Program-made: the position numbers and the translations under genes
Shown: one piece after another, positions 43,998 through 57,968 of the stretch
Layout of the letters: each line of letters begins with the position of its first letter
How positions within the stretch are numbered: the stretch's first letter is position 1
Notes under the pieces: model-generated
Seen by the model: only the letters and a program-made list of their open reading frames with translations
Databases searched by the model: none
What the model was told of the DNA's origin: nothing
Assembly (NCBI RefSeq): GCF_022539665.2
Contig: NC_081331.1
Location: 6,572,001 to 6,636,000, forward strand
DNA from: Daphnia carinata
Taxonomy: Eukaryota
Direction of reading: 5' to 3'
DNA length: 64,000 nt

Positions 43998-45039
43998 CGT
44001 TTGAGATGCCACAAAAGAACACTCCAATCCGATTGCTTCGGCAGATTCACTATCTATTGCACCTCCACCCACAATAGTTTTTTTCTTTTGTTTTGTTCAA
44101 ATTTCAAAATGCTTGAAATGAAAAAAAGTTGAATTCTAGCTATTGCCCCTGGGTTTGTTGACTATTATGTTTTATGGTTTACTGTACAAAATAGTAAAAC
44201 CAAAAAACAACAAAACGCGATATATATCGGAATCTAAGTTGTAATAAAAAGTAAATCTGGAGAACGAAGTCTAGACCCGACCGTTCGACTACACTATTAA
44301 AGTTCACTCCATAACAAACTAGTACTGCCAATATTACAACGGGTGGCACAAATCACATTTATTCCTGTAGCAAATTCATTAGATTACCACTCGGTTTCCA
44401 ACCCGGTTTACATGTGTTTTCTACCTGTTTATAATGCTGTGTATACCATTTTGTACAGATTTTTTCTACGAAACTTCATACTATTATTATTATAGATATT
44501 CTTGGTAAATGTCTCTTTATAAAATTAGTATTTTAAAGCTGTCAATTTTAAAACTCTTTCACCACCCAGTATGAAAAATGATTTACGTTTCACCGGTTTC
44601 GCCCTAAAAAGACTAACATTGATGATGGACCAATCGGTTTGGCAAACCGGGGTAAGAGGCTGCGCGGGGCCAAGCCTTAGCGGTGAGGTCTCTCAACTTT
44701 CGTTTTTAAAATTGTGGCAATGTAGCATTTGGACGTACGCGCACGAAGATGGCGGGACATTTAATTTGTTTTTCTCGACAATTTAAATGGCCATTTAACG
44801 CTATCGCCTCCATGAATTGTGTCATGCACAATATTTTTCTTAATAAACTATTTTATTAACTATCCTATATCATACAAACATATCATGCTACCATAAATAA
44901 CGCCAAACAGTAAACGAACCCAAAATAAAACACTGATCAAGTAATAACCATTTTTTAAAATGGAGTAAAACCAAACGTCAGTTACATTTTCTGAAACATT
45001 CTAGTTTTTCGGTTCACGATGGTTGCAGATACATACGTT

Positions 45040-46990
<1,951 letters not shown>

Positions 46991-47616
46991 CCTGAAAATC
47001 TTTATGATGAACAGCGATTTCCACCAAATAATGTAGGCATAGAAGTTGATCAACTAGTGACCGGTCAAATTCCAATGCCTTGCCTTTTTGTTTGGAAACG
47101 TCACGAGACTAACAACATTTGGCTATTAACGAGCAGCTGAAGAACAAAACAAGTAAAGGAACAGGTAATGGTAGCCAACGGTCATTTTTCGGCTAAAAAG
47201 GAGGGTGGGTGAGGAACTCACGTTACCCCTTTTTCCACGAAGAAGATAATTTAATATAGACTCATGAAATCAGGTTTTGAAACATATAAGCATATGGAAT
47301 ACATTGTCTTAAATATACTCTTTGCCTTCAGGTGACTGTAAATACAGGTCAGTTAAACCCTGAAATGAATCTGGGTAGAGGAGAATGAACTAGTTTATGT
47401 GCAGCTATGGCTAATAGCAAAAATTCAATGTATAGGCTACATGTAGAGAAAAGTGATACAGTAGAATGAAGTTGTGATCACCAACTGCATTAGGAAGATG
47501 TATCATGAATCATGCTTTGGTTCAAATGTCATTCCTGATTCAAATGGTGAATGGACATGTTGAAAAAGTTTTTATTAATCAGTTAATCATGAAGAAATTT
47601 TTGAAAAAGATAAATT

Positions 47617-48132
47617 TCATCGCAATAAGTTAACAGCCAATCTTTCAATGTCATCAAGGCTATAATTAGTGAATGCTGTCTGCAGCTCCTTATTGAATTC
47701 AGTTACAACTCTTTCTATTTCTTCTTTGGTTAAATGACTTTTCAGGGCATTAAAAAGTGCAATATCCAAGCCACTCCGTTTGGGACCATCATCAACCTTT
47801 TTAGTGAAGAGATGAATCTTTGAACCTTCCGTAAGTTTTGATATTGATAATGATGAACCATCTAAAAAATCAAGCGGTTTGTAACATTCTAGACATCTAT
47901 TTTAGAAATGTTTCACCTGCGAGGGTTTTGCCTAAGAGAACAAGGCGCTGATGCTGTGCACCTGGCATATTACATTTCTTTTCAATCAACTGCTTCAAAT
48001 GCTCGACATCACATTCTGGATTCACCTAAATGTAAGCAAACTCAACTGGTGTTTTACGATCTCTACAAAAATTATTTTGTTAACCTCGAGCTCGAATTCT
48101 TTTCCCGTGAGAGGCTTTATAATTATTTTCAT
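47617..48132 (-). CDS. UBL4A: Ubiquitin-like protein 4A (Get5 homologue), 3 exons
   Basis: Ubiquitin-like N-terminus MKIIIKPLTGKEFELE|VNPECDVEHLKQLIEKK...QRLVLLGKTLA|DG... and C-terminal SLDDIERLA typical of the UBL4A BAG6-binding helix. Confidence 0.85.
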
Positions 48133-48934
48133 TTTTGTCGACAGCCGATATTGAAACTCAACTGTAAAACTGTAAACACAACACTGTGAGCAAATTACCA
48201 TGGTTGCCAAAGTGCCGTATTGCTACATATTCTTCTTCGTTATTAATTTGTTATTGGAAATGCAAAGAATATAATTCTGACATATTTTTTTTTGTGTGAA
48301 GATGCCTTCAAATATAAAAAACAACCGAGAGAGGCTATATAGTTTTAATCCATCGGCAATGTATTGTACGTAAAGTGTGTAGGTCTCGTGAAGTAATACT
48401 AAAAAAAAGTGCTAATAAAAGCCCATTATTTGCAGTACACCAGTAGCATAGCATCAAGTACCTCAACTAAGTCCGCTAGTTTGCTGAAACCTGAAACCTA
48501 CAAAATAGATAAATCTAAAAAACGTCGTATTTTAACAAGCAACATCATTAAGCTTGCGTGATAAGCTGTTTCGATCATGATGTTCAAGTCATGTTACCAT
48601 GATGCTGGACCTGGACCCCGGGTTTCGTTCCGCATTGCGTTACCCCAGGCAACCAGTCCTACATTCTTGTCTCCCCATACATTGCAACCCGGCTGTCAAA
48701 CTGTTGTCTTTGCGGACGTGAATCACGTGATCTTTACTCTTCCCTTCATCGCGTATCTATGGGAAAGTGACGTACAGGCCACTTTTGGAAACACAGTGGA
48801 TCATCTTAAAATTTGTTAAGGTATAATAGTGTTTTAGCAATATTAGTTTATTATGTTTTTGCTTGGCATTACAAATTATTTCTGCTGCCAAAAAGGTTTT
48901 GTTGTCTTTATATTAGACACTTTCCTCTGGTGAC
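48133..48934. promoter_or_regulatory. Short divergent (head-to-head) intergenic region between UBL4A and the METTL7-like gene; likely bidirectional promoter and 5' UTRs
   Basis: About 800 bp between divergent ATGs; CACGTG at 48724-48729 and TGACGT at ~48769; splice-like sites on the minus strand (~48460-48500). Confidence 0.4.
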
Positions 48935-50060
48935 ATGTCTACACCACAGGATGATGGTAGTAAAAAAAGCATGGGGATTTCCACCTATTTAACTGTTCCC
49001 CTATTTGTTGGGCTGCTTCTGTATTTGATAAACAAGAAGTTTGGAAAGACAATCAAGAATTGGTTTGTATAATTACAGAAAAGGGGCAGTTGAGCACCAT
49101 ATGCAATTTTTTTCTATAGCACTTTTGCCAATTATAGGTTGTTTGCTTTATTTTGGAATCGTGTAATGAAAGAATACCACTCAACAATGAGAGACATGAA
49201 AAAAACACATTTTGACTCTATGCTTGAGCACAAGTCTACAGATGTTGATCAGAGGAAAAAGTCTGTTTTGAGAGTTTTGGAAATTGGAGCAGGCCCTGGT
49301 ACTTATTTCACATGTTACATTAATTCAGTTTAATTGTAATTTTTCTTGTTAGGGGCCAATTTTGAGTTCTTTCCCAAAAATTCTAAGCTTACGGTTGTTG
49401 AACCAAATGCCTTTTTTGAGCCTATGTTTTATGAGAACCAACACAAGTATCCTGACATCAAAATGGAAAAATTCATAGTCAGCAATGCAGAAGACATGAA
49501 AGAAGTTGAAGATAACAGTATTGGTATAGAAGCAAAACCAACTACATTAGATACTTTATGCTGTACTAGTTTAATTTTATTTGTTTTTACTTTTTTTTTG
49601 TTGTTTTTTTTTAGACATTGTTGTTTCCACTTTAGTTCTTTGCTCTGTTACTAGTGTTGAAAGGACCCTTTCGGAAGTTCAGCGCATACTAGAGCCAGTA
49701 TGAGTATATTTATTATTATTTCATCCTTTTATTTGCCATCTGTTCTATTCATTCGTTATTTTTTTCTCCTTCGTAAAGGCCATTTAAAAACAGATTTCTA
49801 TTCAAATATAGGGTGGCAAATTTTACTATTGGGAACATGTTCATGATAAGCCTGGAACTTGGCTCCACTGGGTCCAAAACTTACTTACACCTTTATGGAG
49901 TTTCCTTTTTGATGGCTGCAACCTGAATCGCAGCATTGATCAAACTGTTGTCGGCTGCAAGGGCTTTTCACATGTTGAGCAAAAGCGTTTCAATGCCCCG
50001 CTGAAGAAAGGAATTTCGGGTCTTATTCGGGTTCACGTTATGGGTCAAGCAACCAAATAA
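48935..50060 (+). CDS. METTL7A: METTL7A/B (TMT1)-like SAM-dependent thiol methyltransferase, 5 exons
   Basis: N-terminal hydrophobic anchor, VLEIGAGP|GANF, VVEPN, AEDMKEVEDNSI|DIVVSTLVLCSV, EVQRILEP|GGKFYYWEHV, FDGCNLNR. Confidence 0.9.
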
Positions 50061-51547
50061 ACTCGCTGACAATTTCTGACGAAATTTAATCCTGATTTTC
50101 TTTAATATAAAATCTAAGATATAACGACATACCTGAAGTTTAAGGATCTTCCTGTACCCTTCTAATTTTCCCGTCATGGAACATCCTCACGCACTAAAAC
50201 CAGTGACACATCAAAGTGCACCACCCGTGAATAGCACCATCATCAACGTTCATTATTTCAGGCATCAAATTTAAGAATACCCAGTTTGGTTGAAAGTTCT
50301 GGGAACAACAGTCTAGTACAAAAATACGGAAGGCGGAAAAATATACTGAAATCTAGCGATTCATTACCTTTTTGCCAAAAATAGGAATCAGAAACATTTT
50401 AATGTCTGCTGAGCATTAAAATGATATACTCCATCGGTATAAAAAAATAAGACAACTTCATGTGGGAGCTACGGAAGCAAATCATGAAGCTAAAAATGAG
50501 TTACGGACATACCTTATCCATGTGAAAGTAGAAAGCATGATTGTAAAGTCATAATTTTGTTTATTCCCTTCGTCTAACGCTCGGAGGCGGAAGCTTGGCG
50601 TACCACTAAAAATTCCCAGTTAGTACTAGTGTTATACGATTAACAAGAATAGTACTACACATATCATTGTATGCTGTTTTGTATTCTTCCATCACAGCGT
50701 ACGCTTTTTTCCACATTTGTTCACCAACGTTAACCGAGGAACTTTCTCTTTAGTTAGGATCGTATTTCGTTAAAATGCTTTACAGCTTTTCTAGCTGCAT
50801 TTGGCCTTCAGTGAGAAACTACTAAGTATTTCTGACTTTCGCTGGAGTGATGGTCCTGTTACTTTACCCCGCAAGCCACATTTATTATTTCGTTTCTATT
50901 AACTTTTTTTTGTTTTTTTTGTTTTCCAAGTAAAATTTTACTTGCAATTTTTATTGACGCCAATAAGGTAATCGTACCATCGGCTCACAGTCAAGGCTCT
51001 TGTTTTAGTCAAGGCAGTTTCAGCTAAGGCTGTAATAAAGGCGTTTGTGTACCAGTCTTTGTCCTGCGCGTGAGAAACATTGAAATCCAGTGGGGTATGT
51101 ATAATTATTTGATCGTTCCTTATATAACTTAAAGAAACCTTGCGCTTCATGCTGATTGGCATTTCGTCCTTTACATATGATTAGCAAATGGCTTCTTCAT
51201 TAAGCAAACGTGTCATGTAATTCTCCTGTTTGCATCTTGCCGTTTCACGCTGAGCCGCATTGCCTTGAAGTGAAGCGCTGTAGTGTGCCTCTTTTGCACC
51301 GTCATTGCGTTTAATCTAGCTCGACGCCATTTTTGCCAATTACCTTAAGTCAATAATCAGAGGGTCTAAGGCAGTTATACTGGCAAAGGATTTGTTTGTG
51401 TTTTCAATTGTTGTCTCTGTTGTATCATTGCTTGATCCATCAGATGTTGCACACAGTCATTCAACGCAGAAGGGTTTCACGTTTGTTGACCTTCAACAGG
51501 AAATTTGAGGTCTACTTCTCACAGAAGCCCACCACCAGTCTGCGAGA

Positions 51548-54500
51548 ATGGTTGGTACGAAGAGGACTGTCCGCAAAATGAGTCCGGAGTTACCAAAGCC
51601 TCCAGTGGACCACTTTTGTGAGCTTCAAAAACTGCTTTCTCCAACGCTGAGTGAGGTATGAGAACGATTTTTGTGTCACGTAAAATAACCCTTTTTAATC
51701 CCGTTGTTTCGCAATTTATCTGCCAATTATTGTCTTTCTCGTTATTTAGTACAGTAGCATAATAAAGCTATAACTAATCAACGCGTGTCAATGGAAAAGA
51801 ATCAAAATTAGTTAAATTTTGGCACAATTCAATGGGCTTATTGAATTGCAAAAAAAAAAAAATACAGGATGAAAAAGAATTCCTTACGATATGTTACTAT
51901 CGTTCTGACCAAGAGCCGAGAGCAGTTGAAATCATATCGGATTATCTGGACCGAGGAGTTAACGTCAACGTCATATCCGCGTATTCTGCTACTGCCCTCG
52001 ATCTTGTCTGTTTGACGAACTCCAAGCCGAACGCCATTGACCTAGTTCGCTTGCTACTACAAGTAATTTTCGAATCTTTAACAAATAAAATACGAATAAT
52101 AATCACGTTGTTCTATTTTTCTCAGCACGGCGCAAATCCGAATAAAAGATCTGCCGACTCGAGCACGCCATTACATAAGCTTATATGGACCAATCATAGC
52201 GCCACTCTTATTCCACTGATGTCTCTTCTCATCCAGTACGGAGCGGATGTTAATGCCCGCCAAGAGAACGATGAAAATGCTTTACACAGTAAACTGGTTT
52301 TGATTATCTTCCTCGATTTCTGCCATTGTACTTAATTCACTGCCTAATTAATCATCAGAGTTGCTACGAGTGAATCAAACGCCCGACTTACTTTGCGCCG
52401 TGCGTCTGTTAGTTGAGAGCGGGATCCGAATGAACGAGAACGGTGGTCGGGCCAAAGGATTTGGATCGGCGCTTCACATATTATGCGAGGCCAATCAAAC
52501 GTCACATCTGCTTAACGTGGCCCGATGTTTGGTTGAGAGTGGAACTTGTGTGAATTTGAGAGATGACAAAAACAATACTGTCCTTCACATCCTATGTCGC
52601 TACAACCAAACCGACCATCTACTTCCCGTGATGCGATTTTTCGTAGAAGCTGGCATGACGGCAACAGATGTAACGGCCAAGAACGCACAAGGCCAGACTG
52701 CGCTTCACGTACTATGTCAGTATAACCAAACGAAAGAGTTACCAAGCGCCGTCGAATTCCTTGTTCAAAATGGCTTTCATGGATCGAACACTAGTAACTC
52801 GCAGTCGGCACTGTCATTTGTATGCAAATACAATCAGACGGATCAGCTACCTGCTGCGATGAAATTGCTAATCCCTTTGGAGGATGTTAATCAGACAGAT
52901 TATTATGGCATCCGCGCTACTCATTTATGCGCGCAATATCAGAAAGCTTGTATCATCACGTCGCTGAACATTTTGGCTGATAACGGTGCGGATCTCGCGG
53001 CCACTAACTCGGACGGTGAAACCATTTTGCATCTGACGTGTCAGTACGCTGATAAGCTCAATTTATTTTTATTTTTTTCATCGCTGAGTGAAGAACTCGT
53101 ACGGAAGCTGGTCGATTTGCCAGATGCACTTGGCAGGACACCCCTTCATCAAGCAGCTAAGAGTGGTTGCATGAAAACAGTTCAGTTCTTGGCTGGTTTC
53201 GTCAGTACCCGTATTTTGGACGTCAATGGCAAATGCTTCATCAATTATGTGGATAACTTTGTACGACAGAAAGGTACTCCTCTGTGTACCTGCTGCTCGT
53301 GGGACAGCTCTTTCGTTCTGAAGGATATTGACAACCTTCACCGAAATCTCTACTCCAAACCGACAGTTCAAGCGACTTGTATTCCGTGCTCTATGGCTAG
53401 GATAGAAGCCTCCATTCCAACTCACATCGACCACGTCTACATTTTCAATGCGACAGACAACTACGTCAGAGCACCGCAAATCAACCATTGGGAGAATTTG
53501 TTGCGGGTTTGGAACAATCTGGACGATAAATTAGATTTCGCTGGTAGGTACATATAGCAGATTTTATTTACAATTCATTACGTTGTATAACTTTTAAAGT
53601 AGTAATTCAATCGTAGCAATTGGGATACATTTTCTTGTTTATCTTTCGTTTAGCTGTGACTGCTGTTGCAGAAATCGGTATGAGATGCGGCCGATTGTGT
53701 GTCTATCGAAATTGCGTCTGGTGCCACCTCCAATTATCCGTCAACAGTTACATCCGGTGTTTAATCGACGAGGTAGAGAAACTGGACCCTCGTTTTGCTA
53801 CGCAGCGTCTCATCTTCTATGGAAGCAGCGCTGAACAAACGAGGCTTTTTCAACTGGACGAATTTGATTTCCTGGTGGTGCTGTCGCATTTTGTCGAAGA
53901 CAAAGACGATTGCGGCTGCGTATCGTATTGTGGCAACAGCCAGGCTACCTTCCTGTGTCACGAGAATGGGCGACATGGAATCTCCTCCGGAAGAGCTGTT
54001 TATTATTTCTACCAACTTCTCCGAGCAGCAACAAAACGCGTTGGTTGTTTCAACATCCATGTTCGTGACATCTCGTTTGGCGAGACTTGCACGACGCTCC
54101 ACCTCACATTTTGTGGTTACGGCCAGGTTATATCTATTAGTATCGACATCACTATTGGTATATCTCGTTCTAACTTGCTGCGGCCTGGAAGCGTTAGAAG
54201 GTTTCCAACATCTTTGCGTGACATGACATCATCATCGGATAATTCGGAGGAAGAAACCGAATACTTAGTACCGTTTCGTGACAAATGTGGCCCACCGGAA
54301 TGGCGACTGTCTTACCCTACTCTAGAGGTGAGAAGTGTTGATTAGAATTTCGGAATGTGTTCGTCGTGAAGTGACGAGAATGCGCGATAGAACAAAGCAA
54401 TCCACTCTAATAATTGTTAAATTGAACTTCTAGAGGGATACGTTACTACAAACTGGCGAAGAAGTTCGCATGTGTTACCGTGTTCTTAAACTGCTGGTAA

Positions 54501-54808
54501 TGCTGTGTCAACGAAATATATCAGCGTATGCTGACGATGCGCATCAACAGCTGATTAAGCAGAAGACGAAGCCTTCAACTTACTGCTTAAAGACCTGCCT
54601 TTTCCGCTACATGGAGTTCAACAATCCGCCATGGAGTCAAGAAGATACGATCTGGCATTGCATCGGCATCCTTGAAGTGCTCCTCACGCATCCGGGAGTT
54701 CACTTAAAATCATTTTTCAACCCCCAGTTAACTGTTGCTTATATCGATCACGAGGCATTGGCTGTTTGTTCCCAAATCTGTGAGCGACTTCGTTCATGCA
54801 GGATGTAA
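51548..54808 (+). CDS. Ankyrin-repeat + Mab-21/cGAS-like nucleotidyltransferase (ANK-cGLR), ~890-900 aa; exons 51548(or 51578)-51655, 51868-52062, 52126-52288, 52359-53543, 53654-54327, 54434-54808
   Basis: About ten ankyrin-like repeats (TPLHKL, SALHILC, TVLHILC, GQTALHVLC, GETILHLTC, GRTPLHQAA), followed by NTase motif YGSSAEQTRLFQLDEFDFLVVL, third acidic residue in ISIDIT, EWRLSYPTLE, CYRVLKLL, PSTYCLKTCLF, LKSFFNP. Exon phases join without frameshift. Confidence 0.88.
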
Positions 54809-55450
54809 TACAAATCCCTCTTCTCCCTCGAAATATTTCTTGTCATTTGACGTATGCGCATCACCTTTTTTTTACCAAAGTTCTCAGTTGTTTTAATTCC
54901 GTGCTCCCTAATCAACACGATAAATTAAATTTTCATTTACTTACCTAAACAATCACGAATGAGAAGCCGGTACTGTACATGTTTATATTCAAAGGGAAAA
55001 GAGAATTTACGCAGTGTCAAGCCATTTGGCCTCAACAGCAAATATTTTTCGTTTTCCGCGTTGCGCGGAGTATTATGAAATATTAAAGCTTGTATTCAGT
55101 TTTACGTTGCTCGCGTTGATGCTGTACATGTTGGAGTGATCCAACTGGTGGGACGAATGAGAATCTCCATATCGTTGTTGATTTTTGTCGTATTTTCGAT
55201 TTTCGAAAACTGTTTTATATAATTTATTGTCTCAATTGTGTGTGATAAACAAATTGAAAAGAGAAAATGTAAAATTTAATGACATGCTATTGAAATTGTA
55301 TGTTTCAAATTGAAATTTGGAGTTGGGACGACGGTCGCAAAAAACTCTTGTATCAGGTAATTGTACATAAGCAGTCGTATATACGTACGAATTTATCTAC
55401 ATTTTTCTGACATTAAAGTACGCTCTCAGCAACTTTAAAAGTTATCAAAA

Positions 55451-56545
55451 ATGGCTTTCAATACTTCTTTCCCATCCCCCAAACCTCTTCCAGGATCGAA
55501 AAAGGCTTTCCCACATGTATCTGCGCGGGTCAATTCTTTCACCGGACGCAAATCTGTTTCCAAGTTACCGGACACCAGCGTTCCTGCTGCACCTGCAAAA
55601 CCCGGCAAAGATTCCCGTAAGATTGACCCCGCTGTCGGCCACCAGAAACGCTCAGTACCTGCCAACGTGAGCCATGCCAACAAGATCCGGACTCATCACG
55701 ATTCCTCGGCCGTTTCGGCTTGCCTTAAAACTGCAACTGCCACCAGAACCCAGAAGGTGCACGTTAAATCAACAGCACCTGTGCAGAAACCTGATATTAC
55801 CACCAGTCGTACGGCCGGGCAGGCAAAACCAGTGAAGCCAGAGACGATGGATCGGACGGACAAACTCTTCGCCATGAAACCTCTTCCAGGGAAAAAGAAG
55901 ACTCTGGAGGATTTTGTGCGTAAACCTTTCCGGGCCAATCCTGTTCCTTTGAGCACCTACAAACATCCAAAAGATTGCTCGGCAGTTAAGCAGGAGCCTC
56001 ACCCACCGGCTAAGAAGGTCATGGTTCAAACATCCCCACCGCAAAAAGTAAAACCCGTTCCTTTCCGGGCTCGACCTCTTCCGGCCAGCACATACAGTCC
56101 ATCTATCCACCCGGGACGTAAAATCCACAAGGTCCAAATCGAAAAGACTGACGAATCTGTCGTCACTATGGACAAACCGGACGTCGACAACGATGTGAAG
56201 GTTTCCGAGCCGATAGATGAACCTGCTAGCTCCGAAGCAGAGGCGATTCATCTTCCACCAGTCAAGAAGATCGTGGTTCAAACCTCCCCACCAGAAAAGG
56301 TGAAACCCGTCCCATTCCGGGCCCGACCTGTTCCGGCTAGCACATACGTTCCATCTATCCAACCGGCGGCGCGCAAAATACACAAGGCTAAAATCGAAAA
56401 GACTGACGAGTCTGTCGTACCTGTGGATGAACCGGCCGTCGACAACGATGTGAAGATTTCAGAGCCGATACATGAACCTGCTAGCGGCGAACCGGAGACG
56501 GTTAGTGGCCCCAATGGCCCTGAGGTTGAGGCTGCAGCCCTGTAA
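55451..56545 (+). CDS. Intronless 364-aa Pro/Lys-rich protein with three PFRA(N/R)PxP motifs (FAM161/TPX2-like microtubule-binding motif) and an internal ~85-aa duplication
   Basis: ORF preceded by AAAAATG; motifs KPFRANPVPLSTY, PFRARPLPASTY, PFRARPVPASTY; repeat units at ~56000-56250 and ~56250-56500. Confidence 0.6.
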   Translation: MAFNTSFPSPKPLPGSKKAFPHVSARVNSFTGRKSVSKLPDTSVPAAPAKPGKDSRKIDPAVGHQKRSVPANVSHANKIRTHHDSSAVSACLKTATATRTQKVHVKSTAPVQKPDITTSRTAGQAKPVKPETMDRTDKLFAMKPLPGKKKTLEDFVRKPFRANPVPLSTYKHPKDCSAVKQEPHPPAKKVMVQTSPPQKVKPVPFRARPLPASTYSPSIHPGRKIHKVQIEKTDESVVTMDKPDVDNDVKVSEPIDEPASSEAEAIHLPPVKKIVVQTSPPEKVKPVPFRARPVPASTYVPSIQPAARKIHKAKIEKTDESVVPVDEPAVDNDVKISEPIHEPASGEPETVSGPNGPEVEAAAL

Positions 56546-56846
56546 GTGCATCGATGAGTCTTTTTCCTTTCTCTTTCAACACTGTGTAAACCAAAATGCT
56601 TAATCTTGTTTTCGGCTTCTCTCTAATTCTATACTTGTGAAGATGTCCTTCCCCAGTAGCAAACCAAAAGAGCTGGGCGGAGAACCCGTAAACAGAGTTG
56701 TTCGTTGTCGTATGTGGGGGCTAACCAATTCATGTTTTCTTTCTGTTTCAGTTGTCTTCTTCGTGGCACAAGCTTGCGTTGCAAGTGACGGGATGGCGAG
56801 CAATATTGTCATCTCTCACTAGCACGCACTCGCCGGAAGAAGACCA

Positions 56847-56949
56847 TCACGAGAGTTGATTGTCTCGTGGTGATGGCAGAGTTAACAGTTGTCCCTCACG
56901 AGAGTTGATTGTCTCGTGATGTGGGCAGAATGAATAGGTTGTCCCTCAC
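56847..56949. repeat. Short tandem duplication (~50-bp unit x2) containing a small hairpin
   Basis: TCACGAGAGTTGATTGTCTCGTG at ~56847 and ~56896, each followed by ...GGCAGA...GTTGTCCCTCAC. Confidence 0.7.
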
Positions 56950-57968
56950 CTCTGCGACAATGCGCAATTACCTTTAGGGGGGAGTTTTTCCTTAAATGAG
57001 CCAACCAGTTCTGGAAGTGTGTTACTGTAGAGACATCTGAGCAAGCATTCCATCTTTTTCTTCCCTTTTTCATCCCTTTTTCTTCCGTTTTGCTTCCCTT
57101 TATCTTTCCCATTTCTTTCTTTTTTTTATACTTTTGTTTTGGCTCTCGTTCGGCTTGTCTTAATGGTAATTCGCTGTTCTGTCAGTTGATTACAAACAAA
57201 ACATTGAAGCAATTGAATGTTAATTTACTGTTCTGTCAGTTAAATACAAATAAAATTTAAAATCAATTTTTTGTCTTTGTTTTATTTATTAACAATTGGA
57301 TTTCAATCTAATCCGTGCGTTATAGGATTACCCGCAAAGTATTTCCAAATCATTACACTTATCCAGTGGGAAACTCTACCATTATCAGGCAAAGGTGGCA
57401 CGGTAGTAGAGGAGATGGCCAAGACGAGCTTTGGCGGCCAGTTTCCTTATTTGTTAAACAGCAAACAAATTTTGAATTAACAGACAACCAAAGTTTGAAA
57501 AACTTGACGTTAATTGAACTGTGGCCGGTGATGCTTCCAATGTATCGCTCTCCCACACTTTCCGTGCCCTTTCTACATCATCTAATCAAATATACGTAAT
57601 ACTATAAACGATTGATTTGTTTCCGTAGTATAATAAGCTGTGTTAGAATAATCTTAGTGCTTTTTGATCATGGCTTCGAGCGAATTTGGAGGGAATACAA
57701 ATTCAGTTCAATTTTATAAGTCTTTCTGACGTGTCTTTGACTGAAGGTATCCAATGTATTGGCAAGAGATGTTACAGATGACAATTTTCTAGTCGTACAT
57801 TTTAAACAGACAGGATTAACCAACAGCAACTTGGATCTCCTATTGTTTTACTGCTGGGCATAACATACCAAATTCAAAATGAACCTTCAAGTTAAAGAAA
57901 CGCTAGTGCTTTGGGATGAAATGCTTATCGTCCTTTCTGTCGGTCTTACTACGTATATTGTCAACGTT

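Noticed and set aside
48577..48800. Fragments resembling U1/U2 snRNA (TACCATGAT, CATTGCAACCCGGCTG, GCATTGCGTTACCCCAGG)
   Set aside because: No U1 5' ATACTTACCTG, no U2 branch-recognition sequence and no convincing Sm site in the right place; better explained as divergent promoter/UTR. An Rfam cmscan would settle it.
56847..56949. Repeat-spacer-like pattern (CRISPR-like)
   Set aside because: Only two units, the spacers resemble each other, there are no cas genes and the context is eukaryotic; a simple tandem duplication.
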